Shown: piece after piece, positions 26,060 to 35,609 of the stretch | How positions within the stretch are numbered: position 1 is the stretch's first letter | Layout of the letters: every line of letters begins with the position of its first letter | DNA from: an uncultured Clostridia bacterium | Lineage (GTDB): Bacteria; Bacillota; Clostridia; Christensenellales; UBA1242 | Assembly (NCBI GenBank): GCA_944381215.1 | Contig: CALWKF010000007.1 | Coordinates: forward strand, 1,173 to 65,172 | DNA length: 64,000 nt | Direction of reading: 5' to 3' | Translations under genes and position numbers: made by a program | The notes under the pieces: model-generated | Told to the model about the DNA's origin: nothing | Database searches by the model: none | Seen by the model: the letters and a program-made list of their open reading frames with translations, nothing else

Positions 26060-28453
26060 CTAATACGATTTCATTATTAATTCGAGTTTGTTATAAAAAT
26101 AGGACTTGTTTAATTGAGTGGGAGTTGAGCTCTTCATCGCTAAAAAGTAATTCCCCTCTTCCTCATTCACCTCGATTAAATCTAACTGCACAAAAGTATT
26201 CAAGCAACATACGAACTGCACATAGTTTAGATTATGGTGAATTTTCTTTAATTTATTATAATAGTTAAAGTCATCAAAAGCAACCAGCCCGATTTTGCTC
26301 GCCTTTTTCAAAATGTTGAAGTATTCACCAAAAGTCTTTCGCGAAAGGTCGAGATTTGAAAAAGGCGTATACAAAAATGGTGTCGAAATTGGCAGGTAAA
26401 CGTTCGCCCTGCTGTTCATATTAAAGAACACGATGTATGCCTCATCCAGCACGCTATCAAGTAGAATTATGCGGTTGTAGTTTTTAAAGTCGTTGTTTAA
26501 TGACGGGCACAGGCACAGCGTATTATAGCCGTTATTATTAGTTAAAATAAGGTATTCGTGGCAAACAATATTAATAACTTCGCTATAATTTTCGAGAAAA
26601 TCGCGATAACTCTGCAAGGTGTTAGCAACAATCAAAGTACCATAAAGTTTACTATCCGACTCCAATAACAATTCCCTTAAATTCGCCTTGTCATACGAAA
26701 GATACTTTGGTTTTACACCGTGCGAACTGAGGGCCAACTGCTTGATATACTCGCCACCAACTCTCTCGGCACTTATGTTCGGGGCGGCAGATATTTGCAA
26801 AGTCTTCACAATACCTTTCGCACTTGCGTTCCCGCGGAACACATCGACCAACAACTCTGCAATACACTCCTTCTTCCCACTTTGGCTAGCGATATTGAAA
26901 AATTCGGGGCTATTGAAAGCCAAAAGATTTAGATTTTTTAATTGCAAGGTCAAGTGGTGGCTGTTAGATTTCATAGGCGTAACCGTTACCTTGTCAAACT
27001 CCAAACGATATAGCGGTGTGGGGTTTTTACATCCAAAAGGCTCCAAAATCTCAATATTTTTTAAACGGTCGATAGTTACCTCTTCTGGGTCAATATCAAG
27101 ATCGTACTGGAAGAACGGAGCAAAAAACTCCTCTTCGTACATTTCGTTTACAAGAGTGTTTAGTCTTTCACGAAATTCGTCGATTTTGTCCAAGGCAATA
27201 GTCATACCAGCGGCCATAGTGTGTCCGCCAAAGCTTGTCAAAATATCACTAAGTTTGGTTAGCAACTCGTGAATGTTCATGCCTTCAATACTGCGACATG
27301 AGCCTTTATAAAAACCGCCCTCTTCGCCAAGCAAAAATGTGGGTCTATTGAACTCCTCCGCAATACGCGCAGCGACAATGCCTAAAATGCCGATACTCCA
27401 ATCAGATTTTGCTAGCACTATTACCTTTTGATTTGCGAGATTCACCTTTTTTAGTTCCGCAATGCAGTCCGCATAAACGACGTTGCATAAATCTTGACGT
27501 TCGGTATTGTACTCTAAAAGCTTAGTAATCAGCCTACGAATCTCATTTTTATCGCGCTCAACGTAAAGTTTTAGGCTGTGATTAGCATCTCCCATACGAC
27601 CAGCGGCATTTAACTTTGGTGCCAGCTTAAAACTAACATCCTGGCTGGTAAGCTTGTTGCCAAGTTTAAGTTCTTTTGCTAAGGCAACTATACCGTCGGG
27701 AAAAGCAGTCAAGGGCTTATCAAGACCTGCCTTTACGATCACACGATTTTCGTCAACGAGTGGGACAATATCTGATACCGTTGCAATCGCGCAAACAGGC
27801 AGATATTTTAATGCAGTATCGCGCCCAGCAAGTGCCTCGACAAGCTTTAAAGCAACACCTGCGCCACACAATTCGTGAAAGGGGTACTTCTCGCCTGGTC
27901 TTTTTGCGTCAATTATAGGGCAATTTGGCAAAATCTCGGGACAATCGTGGTGGTCTGTTACGATAACATCGACGCCCTTTGACTTAATATACTCCACTTC
28001 CTCATACCCGCTAATACCGCAGTCGACCGTAATAATAAGGCTAGGAGTGTAAGTGTTTAGTACAAAGTCAACAGCATCGCGCGTTAGCCCATACCCGTCC
28101 GAATATCTATTAGGCAAAAAAGTGTTGACATTCAATCCTAAGGTCTTAAAGTAATCTAGCAAAATGTAACTACTGGTAATGCCATCAACATCGTAATCGC
28201 CAAAGATTAGCACGCTTTCGTTATTCTCGACCGCTGTTTTAATGCGTTTTACTACAACGGCCATATCATTAAACATATACGGGTCGTGCATATCACGAAT
28301 TTGCGGGTGTAGAAATTTAGTAATCTCTGCATCCTCAAAAATCCCGCGAAGCAACAAAAGCTCGGCGACATCACGCGAAACTTTGAATTTATTTACAATA
28401 TGCTCGATATTTTTTTGAGTGCAATGCTCATTTGTCAGTTTGCGAAACTCCAT
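26060..28453 (-). CDS. recJ: Single-stranded-DNA-specific exonuclease RecJ (long Firmicute form)
   Basis: DHH motifs (GDYDVDG, VTDHH) and DHHA1 (GGHTMAAG). Confidence 0.9.
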   Translation of the reverse strand: MEFRKLTNEHCTQKNIEHIVNKFKVSRDVAELLLLRGIFEDAEITKFLHPQIRDMHDPYMFNDMAVVVKRIKTAVENNESVLIFGDYDVDGITSSYILLDYFKTLGLNVNTFLPNRYSDGYGLTRDAVDFVLNTYTPSLIITVDCGISGYEEVEYIKSKGVDVIVTDHHDCPEILPNCPIIDAKRPGEKYPFHELCGAGVALKLVEALAGRDTALKYLPVCAIATVSDIVPLVDENRVIVKAGLDKPLTAFPDGIVALAKELKLGNKLTSQDVSFKLAPKLNAAGRMGDANHSLKLYVERDKNEIRRLITKLLEYNTERQDLCNVVYADCIAELKKVNLANQKVIVLAKSDWSIGILGIVAARIAEEFNRPTFLLGEEGGFYKGSCRSIEGMNIHELLTKLSDILTSFGGHTMAAGMTIALDKIDEFRERLNTLVNEMYEEEFFAPFFQYDLDIDPEEVTIDRLKNIEILEPFGCKNPTPLYRLEFDKVTVTPMKSNSHHLTLQLKNLNLLAFNSPEFFNIASQSGKKECIAELLVDVFRGNASAKGIVKTLQISAAPNISAERVGGEYIKQLALSSHGVKPKYLSYDKANLRELLLESDSKLYGTLIVANTLQSYRDFLENYSEVINIVCHEYLILTNNNGYNTLCLCPSLNNDFKNYNRIILLDSVLDEAYIVFFNMNSRANVYLPISTPFLYTPFSNLDLSRKTFGEYFNILKKASKIGLVAFDDFNYYNKLKKIHHNLNYVQFVCCLNTFVQLDLIEVNEEEGNYFLAMKSSTPTQLNKSYFYNKLELIMKSY

Positions 28454-28466
28454 AACTATTTCCCTT

Positions 28467-28492
28467 TAAAAAAACCTTCCGTAAAAGGAAGG
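28467..28492 (-). terminator. secF intrinsic terminator
   Basis: ccttcc ttttac ggaagg followed by T8 on the minus strand. Confidence 0.8.
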
Positions 28493-28499
28493 CTTTTAT

Positions 28500-29519
28500 T
28501 TATTCTTCAACAGGCGTAGCGGTCGCATCAACTACCGCAGGCTCGTTTTCCGCCTTTTTCTCATTCGCCAACGCTCTTTGTCTAATGCCATATTTTGATT
28601 TCGACATCATAGCGGTCCATAAAGGTGCCGAGATAAAGATCGAGGCATAAGTACCAGCAATTAAACCAATAAGAATCGGTACTACAAACTCAGTCATTTG
28701 AGGTATTCCTACACAAGCGAGTAGTAATACAGACACAATCGTTGTAATTGACGTGTTTAAAGTACGGTTTAGTGTTTGTTTTACAGAGAGGTCAGCGATT
28801 TCACGGTTAGATAAGTGCTCGAGGCTCGGCTTGCGCAAGTTCTCTCTCACACGGTCAAAGATAATAATCGTATTGTTAATCGAATATCCTAGTACCGTAA
28901 TCAACGCCGCCACAAAGGTACTGTTGATTTGAATTTGGAAAATAACGACACAAGCGCACATAATTAGCACGTCGTGGAATAGAGTAATCAATGCCGCTAT
29001 ACCACTCAAAAATTCAAATCGTACCGCGATATAAATCATTATAAATATAAGCGCGATAATAACCGCAAGCAATGCGTTTGTCAGCAACTCCGAACTAGTT
29101 GTCGCACTCTTACTCCCCGCATTTACCACAGTGTACTGTGGGAAAGCCTCACTGAGGGCAGATACTACTTTGTTATTAATATCAGTCATATCAGCGACAC
29201 CGTCAGCATTTTGGTACTGAATGGACACGGTTTCCCAAGTCTCACCCACGTATTGTGCGGTAGCCACTTCGAGGTCATATTCTTTCAAAACATCGTTTGC
29301 GACATTTTTAATCTCAGTCATTTGGGCGTCAGTGATTTGCGCAGCCCCTTCGACACGGACAATGTTACCACCGGTAAAGTCCATACCAAGATTAAAGCCC
29401 ATTACGGCAAACATAATTATACCTACAAGTATAATCGCGCCACTGAACATCCAAACATACTTACTAAACTTTGTCGGACTAAAATTCTTTCTAGCCTCTG
29501 CAAATTTATGCGAGTTCAA
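28500..29519 (-). CDS. secF: Protein translocase subunit SecF
   Basis: Six-TM SecF topology with the LGYSINNTIIIFDRVRE motif. Start overlaps the end of secD. Confidence 0.9.
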   Translation of the reverse strand: MNSHKFAEARKNFSPTKFSKYVWMFSGAIILVGIIMFAVMGFNLGMDFTGGNIVRVEGAAQITDAQMTEIKNVANDVLKEYDLEVATAQYVGETWETVSIQYQNADGVADMTDINNKVVSALSEAFPQYTVVNAGSKSATTSSELLTNALLAVIIALIFIMIYIAVRFEFLSGIAALITLFHDVLIMCACVVIFQIQINSTFVAALITVLGYSINNTIIIFDRVRENLRKPSLEHLSNREIADLSVKQTLNRTLNTSITTIVSVLLLACVGIPQMTEFVVPILIGLIAGTYASIFISAPLWTAMMSKSKYGIRQRALANEKKAENEPAVVDATATPVEE

Positions 29520-30804
29520 CTACATTATCCTCCCTTTTCAAACTATATAGTTTTGCATTTGTAGAATTCAAAGGATAATACATTTTCATCAACCCTCGAG
29601 TAACTACCAGAGATGTAAACATACTTAACACTACACCAATGAGTAGAGTGATTGCAAAACCTTGAATCGAACCAGTACCAAGAAGTGCCAGCACTAGTGC
29701 CACAACTATTGTGGTAATGTTCGAGTCCATAATTGCGGAGAAAGCCTTTTTAAAGCCAGCACGAACAGAAGGCTCGATACGCTTTCCGCTAGCATACTCC
29801 TCTTTTATACGTTCAAAAATTATGATGTTTCCATCGATTGCCATACCAATTGATAGTATAATACCTGCAATACCAGCAAGGGTCAGCTGTACAATTGGAA
29901 TTGCCTGCAAGAAGAATAGCATCAATATCACATAGAACCCAAGGGCTATGCTCGCCATTACACCCATCATACGATAACGCCAAATCATAAACGCGAAAAT
30001 CAGCACGAGTGCAACAGCACCTGCAATGAGGCCATAAAGGAGCGCATTCTCACCCAAAGTCGCACTAACAACAGTGTTTTCAAGCAGTGTTAGGTTTACC
30101 GAGAAAGTACCACTCAAAATCTGCAGTGCGAAGTCCTCAGCTTCGGCCTGACTATTCATACTACCAGAAATAAAAGTCGTACCGCCAGAAATTGCCGAGT
30201 TTACGGTTGGTTGTGAGAACAATTCGCCATTTATGAAGATGTAGATAGAACTACCCTGTTGCTGAGTGGTTAACTCGTAGAACTTTTGAGCACCCTCGGC
30301 ATCAAATTCGATTACCACACCATACTCATAGTTACCATTAGACGTGGGCTGATATGCAGCATAGGCATTGGTTACGTTCTGTCCAGTAAGTTCTGCCTCA
30401 GCATCAGCACTGTTCTCACTCTTAAACTCGAGTCTAGCAGGTGTACCGATAAGGTCAAAAATCTCATCCGGGTCGGACACATCGGGCACCTCGATACGCA
30501 GTCTATTTCCTTGCTGAATCGAAATCTGCGCCTCATTATATTGCGCAGTAATCAGCCCAGAAATACGCTCACGAGTGGCGTTAAGTTGCTGTGAAAAGTC
30601 TCCCTCAGAATCTTCGAGTGGTGCAGCCTCGTAAACGGCTAAAACACCGCCCTTTAAGTCAAGGCCGAGTTTGATAGAATTTGCAAAACCATTGTAAGTA
30701 TAAATAGTGCCTGGGATGTCAAACTGCGCAAAGCTCAGTATGAAGCCAAGTACCAAAAATATACCTATAAAAATAAATCGTTTAATCGCTGTTGCTTTAT
30801 TCAT
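29506..30804 (-). CDS. secD: Protein translocase subunit SecD
   Basis: GLDLKGG, LTLAGIAGIILSIGMAIDGNIIIFERIKEE. Start moved to MNKATAI, with AAGGAG 8 nt upstream. Confidence 0.9.
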   Translation of the reverse strand: MNKATAIKRFIFIGIFLVLGFILSFAQFDIPGTIYTYNGFANSIKLGLDLKGGVLAVYEAAPLEDSEGDFSQQLNATRERISGLITAQYNEAQISIQQGNRLRIEVPDVSDPDEIFDLIGTPARLEFKSENSADAEAELTGQNVTNAYAAYQPTSNGNYEYGVVIEFDAEGAQKFYELTTQQQGSSIYIFINGELFSQPTVNSAISGGTTFISGSMNSQAEAEDFALQILSGTFSVNLTLLENTVVSATLGENALLYGLIAGAVALVLIFAFMIWRYRMMGVMASIALGFYVILMLFFLQAIPIVQLTLAGIAGIILSIGMAIDGNIIIFERIKEEYASGKRIEPSVRAGFKKAFSAIMDSNITTIVVALVLALLGTGSIQGFAITLLIGVVLSMFTSLVVTRGLMKMYYPLNSTNAKLYSLKREDNVVELA

Positions 30805-30976
30805 TGAGTAAACTCCTTGTAGATACTTGTCATTATAATATAAATCGGCCGTCAAGTCAATTATTTTAGCGCATTTTTTTAATTTCAAAATCGATTATTG
30901 CCATAAAATCACCTTTTTAGTAATTTTGTAATAAAATTTTAAGTCGCGCCATATATTATTGCAAAAGGAGAAAGTT

Positions 30977-31378
30977 ATGGAAAATACAATCAACACAACT
31001 GTTAATAGCCGTGGCTATAACATTCTAACGCTTACCAAAAGTGTGTTTTGGGCACTTTCAGTGTCGCTTCTATGTATACTTATATTTGCTTTTGTCGTAA
31101 AGTTTACGGCCCTGCCTGAGTCTGCCATTATGCCTATAAATCAAGTAATTAAATTTTTGAGTATCTTTATTGGATGTTGGGTCGCTAGTAAAAAAATCAA
31201 GTCAAATGGCTGGCTTTGGGGGCTTGTGATTGGTGCTGTGTATACCCTACTCGCCTTTATTGTGTTCTCGATACTTGACGGCGAATTCCGCTTTACTCTC
31301 AGCCTGCTAAATGACTTCGTATTCGGCGCAATTGCTGGGCTAATCTCGGGAATTATTGCCTTTAACCTTAGAAAATAA
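30977..31378 (+). CDS. Small 4-TM membrane protein (possibly TIGR04086/YrzE-like)
   Basis: Four hydrophobic segments. Start set at MENTINTT, after the AAGGAG that lies inside the longer tracked ORF. Confidence 0.5.
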   Translation: MENTINTTVNSRGYNILTLTKSVFWALSVSLLCILIFAFVVKFTALPESAIMPINQVIKFLSIFIGCWVASKKIKSNGWLWGLVIGAVYTLLAFIVFSILDGEFRFTLSLLNDFVFGAIAGLISGIIAFNLRK

Positions 31379-31381
31379 CAC

Positions 31382-31408
31382 AAAACCGCACGAAAAGTGC
31401 GGTTTTTT
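31382..31408. terminator. Bidirectional intrinsic terminator
   Basis: aaaaccgcac gaaaa gtgcggtttttt. Confidence 0.8.
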
Positions 31409-31452
31409 AATTAAATAGCCCTTATTTTAGTCTTTATTTAAAAGAATCATAT

Positions 31453-34047
31453 TTAAACAAAGTCGTGGGAGCCGTTAAGAGAGCCATTTGAGCTCGAATT
31501 TGTGGGAATTTCCTCAAAAAGGGCCTTGATAACCTTGCCATTGACCTCGTCGCGACTCAAAACCGCGGTACTTGAGGTGCAAATTACCTTTGTTTCATTG
31601 CTGGCGTCGACCCAGCCTACGAACCTGTACCCTGTGTACGCGAGGGCCACAAAGGTAACCGTGTCATCTGCGGTGCCGTTTGCGATGTCGTTACCGACAA
31701 TGCGCGCTTCCCCTCCAATTCCCGCAGCCACCACAGTGCCAGCCACTCCAAAACTACCACCACCACTATTTGTGGGCGGTACCTGGTAATTGGGCTTGGA
31801 GGTGGTAAGGTTGAAGACGATGTTGGTGCTTTCGTAAATGCCTTCAATTTCGAGGGTAACTGTGTTTGTGCTGTCTTTTGCGATGTAGCGAATAGTGCTA
31901 AAACCACCCACGCCGTATAGTTCGGCCTTGTAGTATGTGAGCATTACCTCAACATTGTCAAAGCGCAACGAATATACCCATTCATTGTCGGCTGTTGGGC
32001 TAAATACTACGCGAATCAGCCCGCTGTCCTCGATGTATGTGCGCGAAAGGCCACCACTGCCACCGCTGGAGGTAATGTTTACGATTTCCATGTCGCCTAC
32101 ATAGTGGTCAAGGGTTACATCGTGCCGAGGGTTTGGCAAATTTGTGAGGCGAATCACGACATAATTATTGTGCACATTGTGGGAGTAGTTAAACTTTCCG
32201 CTGGGCAATATTGCTTCACCCGTGCTGTTCTTGCCTTGTAACCTGATAGTTACGCCGTCAATTGTGAACTGGATGTTCTCGTTCTGCTCAAATGTGGCCA
32301 CAATGTCGACTGCGGTGTCAAAGTAGTTTGCACGCGTGTAGGTCGTGGTGTCTTGGAGTACGAGTGTCGGGTTCGCCGATGTAACCGTGAATAAGGTGTC
32401 GTAGTAACCTATTATGTTAGTGTTTTGGATGATGTCCTTTACTACCAAAATTACTTGGTTTTGATTGCGGTAGCAGTAGTAACTTGTGTTCCCTGCTGTG
32501 TTAAAGTTTGTGTTTGTAGTGTCTGAAATTGTTATTTGAGTGCCGTTGATTGTAATGCGATTGATGTAGTAATTCTCATATGATGTAAAGGTGTATGTAT
32601 ATTGAGGGCCACCGCTTGCTGATGTTGCCGCGACTGTTGCCGTCGTGCCCGAGCCACTCGACACACTAGGTGTGATTGTGCTGTTTATTGCTGTGATAGT
32701 TGTATCTTGTGTAACATTTGTAACTATTACCGTAACTTGATTGCCAGCATTTCGATATGCCTTGTATTGACAACCTGTAGTTTGAGTAAAGTTCCCAGAA
32801 GCCGTTGAAGATGCGGAAATCGTAATATTTGCATTGTTGATTGTTAGACCTGTTATGTAATTGCTATTTAATGAAGTGAATACAAAGGTTGCTTGATAGC
32901 CAGTATAATAACCATCACTCGTTTTATCTACTGTAGCTTTATCCGCTCCACCATTGGAAACACTGGCAGTAATACCATAATAACCCACCAAATTATCTAG
33001 AGCAGATAATGAAATATGACATGCTGGGCGGACACCTACATTACTTGTAGTCAGCACGTAGTCATTTGTTGTATCGCCGCTATTATAATTATAAACAGGT
33101 ATAACCTCGCGACCATTTATTGATGCTCCAGAGCGGAGCCAGCAAGCTCCATCGCTAGCGGTTTGCCCATCATAAAGCGAATTTGAAGCATTAATATCAG
33201 TGAAAGACAAACCCCAAAGACCATTACTCGTAGAAGCGGCTGAGTTGGAAGGTTGATTATAAATCTCAACATGGCTTGGATTCCAAAATTTATCATTATA
33301 GGTTGTAGAATCCCAATCCCAACCTTGTGGGTTTACATTAGCTTTCCCGCTACCACTATTAGGATTTGACTGAAGGCCATTAGTGGTTGAATATTTTGTG
33401 CCCGAATAATATGCGTTTGCTTGAGTAGCCTGCCAAGTAGCACCAGCCTCTTGAGGTGAAACAACAATCATATTCATACTATTGAATTTATTAATTAAAG
33501 CATTACCAATATTTTTCGTAACTTCTCGCAAAAGAGAATGAGAATAATCGTTACGACTAGAAGAATAACTAGTACTACTTGTTTTCCAGCCATTGCTTTC
33601 TGTTGCTGTACCATTTGCAAAATATTCTTTTGTATAGCCTCTATTTAACCAAATTGTTAAATAGCCATTTCGTAAATATGTCGCTTGCCATGTAAGAGGC
33701 TTACTTGTGTCCATTACACCAGTAGGACTAACATAATACCCCATTTGGAAAATGAAACTATTGGTGGATACTCCTGCGCGGTCGGCAATTTGCGGAGATG
33801 TGAGAGTTGTGCTGGTGGTAATTGAATTATATTGTAATTTATTTAAGAAAGCCACCACATTACTTGCATTTAAAGTGCTATTGGTGTTATATAGGTTTCC
33901 ACTAACAGCGAGGCCTGTTTCGGTCGTTGCACTTGCTGGGGAACGACTCAAGGGGCTGAGGGCAAAGGAGCAGACCGCACCAATTAGGAGGGCGATGCCC
34001 AGGATAGCGCAGAGTAAAAATGTCGAACCGCGTGAAATTTTTGTCAT
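31453..34047 (-). CDS. Large signal-anchored surface protein: DUF6273-like N-domain, four ~95-aa tandem beta-rich modules, C-terminal Listeria-Bacteroides-type repeat
   Basis: Start set at MTKISRGSTFLLCAILG, with AGGAGG upstream. CWLRSG...VGVRPACHISL resembles the WWLRSP...GVRPA ending of DUF6273. Internal repeats follow TF.FTS..N.YI..TING..ITIS...YRN..NQV. The C-terminus has GYRFVGW...KALF. Paralogue of the 57038-58939 gene. Confidence 0.6.
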   Translation of the reverse strand: MTKISRGSTFLLCAILGIALLIGAVCSFALSPLSRSPASATTETGLAVSGNLYNTNSTLNASNVVAFLNKLQYNSITTSTTLTSPQIADRAGVSTNSFIFQMGYYVSPTGVMDTSKPLTWQATYLRNGYLTIWLNRGYTKEYFANGTATESNGWKTSSTSYSSSRNDYSHSLLREVTKNIGNALINKFNSMNMIVVSPQEAGATWQATQANAYYSGTKYSTTNGLQSNPNSGSGKANVNPQGWDWDSTTYNDKFWNPSHVEIYNQPSNSAASTSNGLWGLSFTDINASNSLYDGQTASDGACWLRSGASINGREVIPVYNYNSGDTTNDYVLTTSNVGVRPACHISLSALDNLVGYYGITASVSNGGADKATVDKTSDGYYTGYQATFVFTSLNSNYITGLTINNANITISASSTASGNFTQTTGCQYKAYRNAGNQVTVIVTNVTQDTTITAINSTITPSVSSGSGTTATVAATSASGGPQYTYTFTSYENYYINRITINGTQITISDTTNTNFNTAGNTSYYCYRNQNQVILVVKDIIQNTNIIGYYDTLFTVTSANPTLVLQDTTTYTRANYFDTAVDIVATFEQNENIQFTIDGVTIRLQGKNSTGEAILPSGKFNYSHNVHNNYVVIRLTNLPNPRHDVTLDHYVGDMEIVNITSSGGSGGLSRTYIEDSGLIRVVFSPTADNEWVYSLRFDNVEVMLTYYKAELYGVGGFSTIRYIAKDSTNTVTLEIEGIYESTNIVFNLTTSKPNYQVPPTNSGGGSFGVAGTVVAAGIGGEARIVGNDIANGTADDTVTFVALAYTGYRFVGWVDASNETKVICTSSTAVLSRDEVNGKVIKALFEEIPTNSSSNGSLNGSHDFV

Positions 34048-34269
34048 AAACTTTCCTCCTATTTTTGCATGATAATTATAATTAGTATTACACTTTACGA
34101 TATAAATTAATCGATATAACAGAAAAAGTATAGCATTTTGAATATTTTTAGTAAAGCAAATCTTAACTTTGGTAAATTTTTTTATAAAAAAGTGTCTAAA
34201 AAATCGCAAAAAATAACTCAAAATTTACTGGTTTTTCCAAAATTATGCTTTTTACGAGATTTTAATTAA

Positions 34270-34301
34270 AAGAAAAAGTCTATACCATAGTAGTATAGAC
34301 T
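34270..34301 (-). terminator. serS intrinsic terminator
   Basis: agtctatac tactatg gtatagact followed by TTTTTCT on the minus strand. Confidence 0.8.
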
Positions 34302-34308
34302 AATTTTA

Positions 34309-35598
34309 TTATTTTTTAGACTCGATGCGTTCGAGGCCACCCATGTATGGGCGCAAAACCTCGGGAATCGTAACGCTGCCGTCTGCATTTTGGAACTGCT
34401 CGACAATTGCAGGAATAATTCTAGGCGTTGCGAGGCCACTACCATTTAGCATGTGAATGAACTCAGTTTTGCCCTCTTTTGTCCTGTAACGCGTGTTACT
34501 GCGTCTTGGCTGGTAACTACGGCCGTTGCTGACACTGCTGACTTCCTTGTAAATGCCCATGCTTGGTATCCACACCTCGATGTCGTAGGTACGGCACATT
34601 GTGGCACTGATGTCGCCCGCCGCAAGCTTTGAAATTTGGAAGTGTAGCCCAAGTTTTTCTACAAGCTTGCGTGCCTTGTTTACCAATTCCTCGAACATTG
34701 CATCGCTTTGCTCTGGGGTTGTGTACCCAATCATTTCGACCTTGTTAAACTGGTGCCCGCGAATCATACCGCGCTCCTCTGCGCGATAACTGCCCGCCTC
34801 GCACCTAAAGCATGGCGAGTACGCAAACATACGGAAAGGAAGCGATTCCTCTGGTATAATTTCGCCAGCGTATAGGTTTACCATGGCACTCTCTGCTGTT
34901 GGAAGCAAGAACTGCTTTGCGCCGTCCTCACTCCCTGCCTTGTCTACATAATAAACCTCATCGGCAAACTTAGGAAACTGTCCGCTACCGAAACCGCACT
35001 TTTCGTTCAGCATCTGTGTAGGCAGGACAAACTCGTACCCGTCTTTTAGATGTTCCGAGATAAAGAAGTTAAGCAGGGCCCATTCGAGTTGCGCACCAAC
35101 GCCACGGTATATCCAAAAGCCATTTCCGCTAAGTTTGGCTGCGCGCTCGTAGTCAATGAGTCCAAGGCTCGTACACAAGTCGACATGGTTCTTTGGCTCA
35201 AAGTCGAACTTGGGTTTCTCGCCGAAAGTGTAAATCGGCTGGTTATTTTCCTTTCCCCCTGCCACGATATCGTCATCGGGCATATTAGGTAGCCCGTACT
35301 GAATGTCTTGCCACTCAGCAGTTAAAGTTTCCAGCAGTCCCTCGGCCTCCTTAATCTCATCCCCTAAAATTCGGGTGGAGTTTATAAGGTCGTCAACGGG
35401 CTTACCTTCCTTTTTTAGCTGAGGCACGAGGCTGGATGCTTTATTTCTCTCGGCCTTTTTGTTCTCAATCTCGGTCAGTAATTTTCTACGGCGCTCATCA
35501 AGGTCGAGAAAGTATGCAGAATCGAAGTGACAATCGCGTTTTAGAAGAGCCTCCTCAACGCGCTTTGGTTCAGTCCTAATCAAATTAATATCAATCAT
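34309..35598 (-). CDS. serS: Seryl-tRNA synthetase
   Basis: N-terminal coiled-coil arm and class II motifs (FRCEAGS..., GSGLA). Confidence 0.96.
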   Translation of the reverse strand: MIDINLIRTEPKRVEEALLKRDCHFDSAYFLDLDERRRKLLTEIENKKAERNKASSLVPQLKKEGKPVDDLINSTRILGDEIKEAEGLLETLTAEWQDIQYGLPNMPDDDIVAGGKENNQPIYTFGEKPKFDFEPKNHVDLCTSLGLIDYERAAKLSGNGFWIYRGVGAQLEWALLNFFISEHLKDGYEFVLPTQMLNEKCGFGSGQFPKFADEVYYVDKAGSEDGAKQFLLPTAESAMVNLYAGEIIPEESLPFRMFAYSPCFRCEAGSYRAEERGMIRGHQFNKVEMIGYTTPEQSDAMFEELVNKARKLVEKLGLHFQISKLAAGDISATMCRTYDIEVWIPSMGIYKEVSSVSNGRSYQPRRSNTRYRTKEGKTEFIHMLNGSGLATPRIIPAIVEQFQNADGSVTIPEVLRPYMGGLERIESKK

Positions 35599-35609
35599 AA
35601 TTTTCCCTT

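Noticed and set aside
26688-27272. Long antisense ORFs inside recJ (194 aa). Similar cases lie inside rny (12509-13417), infB, ftsK and the polC-like gene.
   Set aside because: They lie fully inside well-supported genes on the opposite strand. Their composition is the low-complexity Ser/Leu/Phe-rich kind typical of antisense frames, and they lack RBSs.
34048-34221. N-terminal 58 codons of the tracked 922-aa ORF
   Set aside because: This is AT-rich promoter-like sequence. AGGAGG and an ATG at 34047 give a normal signal-anchor N-terminus.
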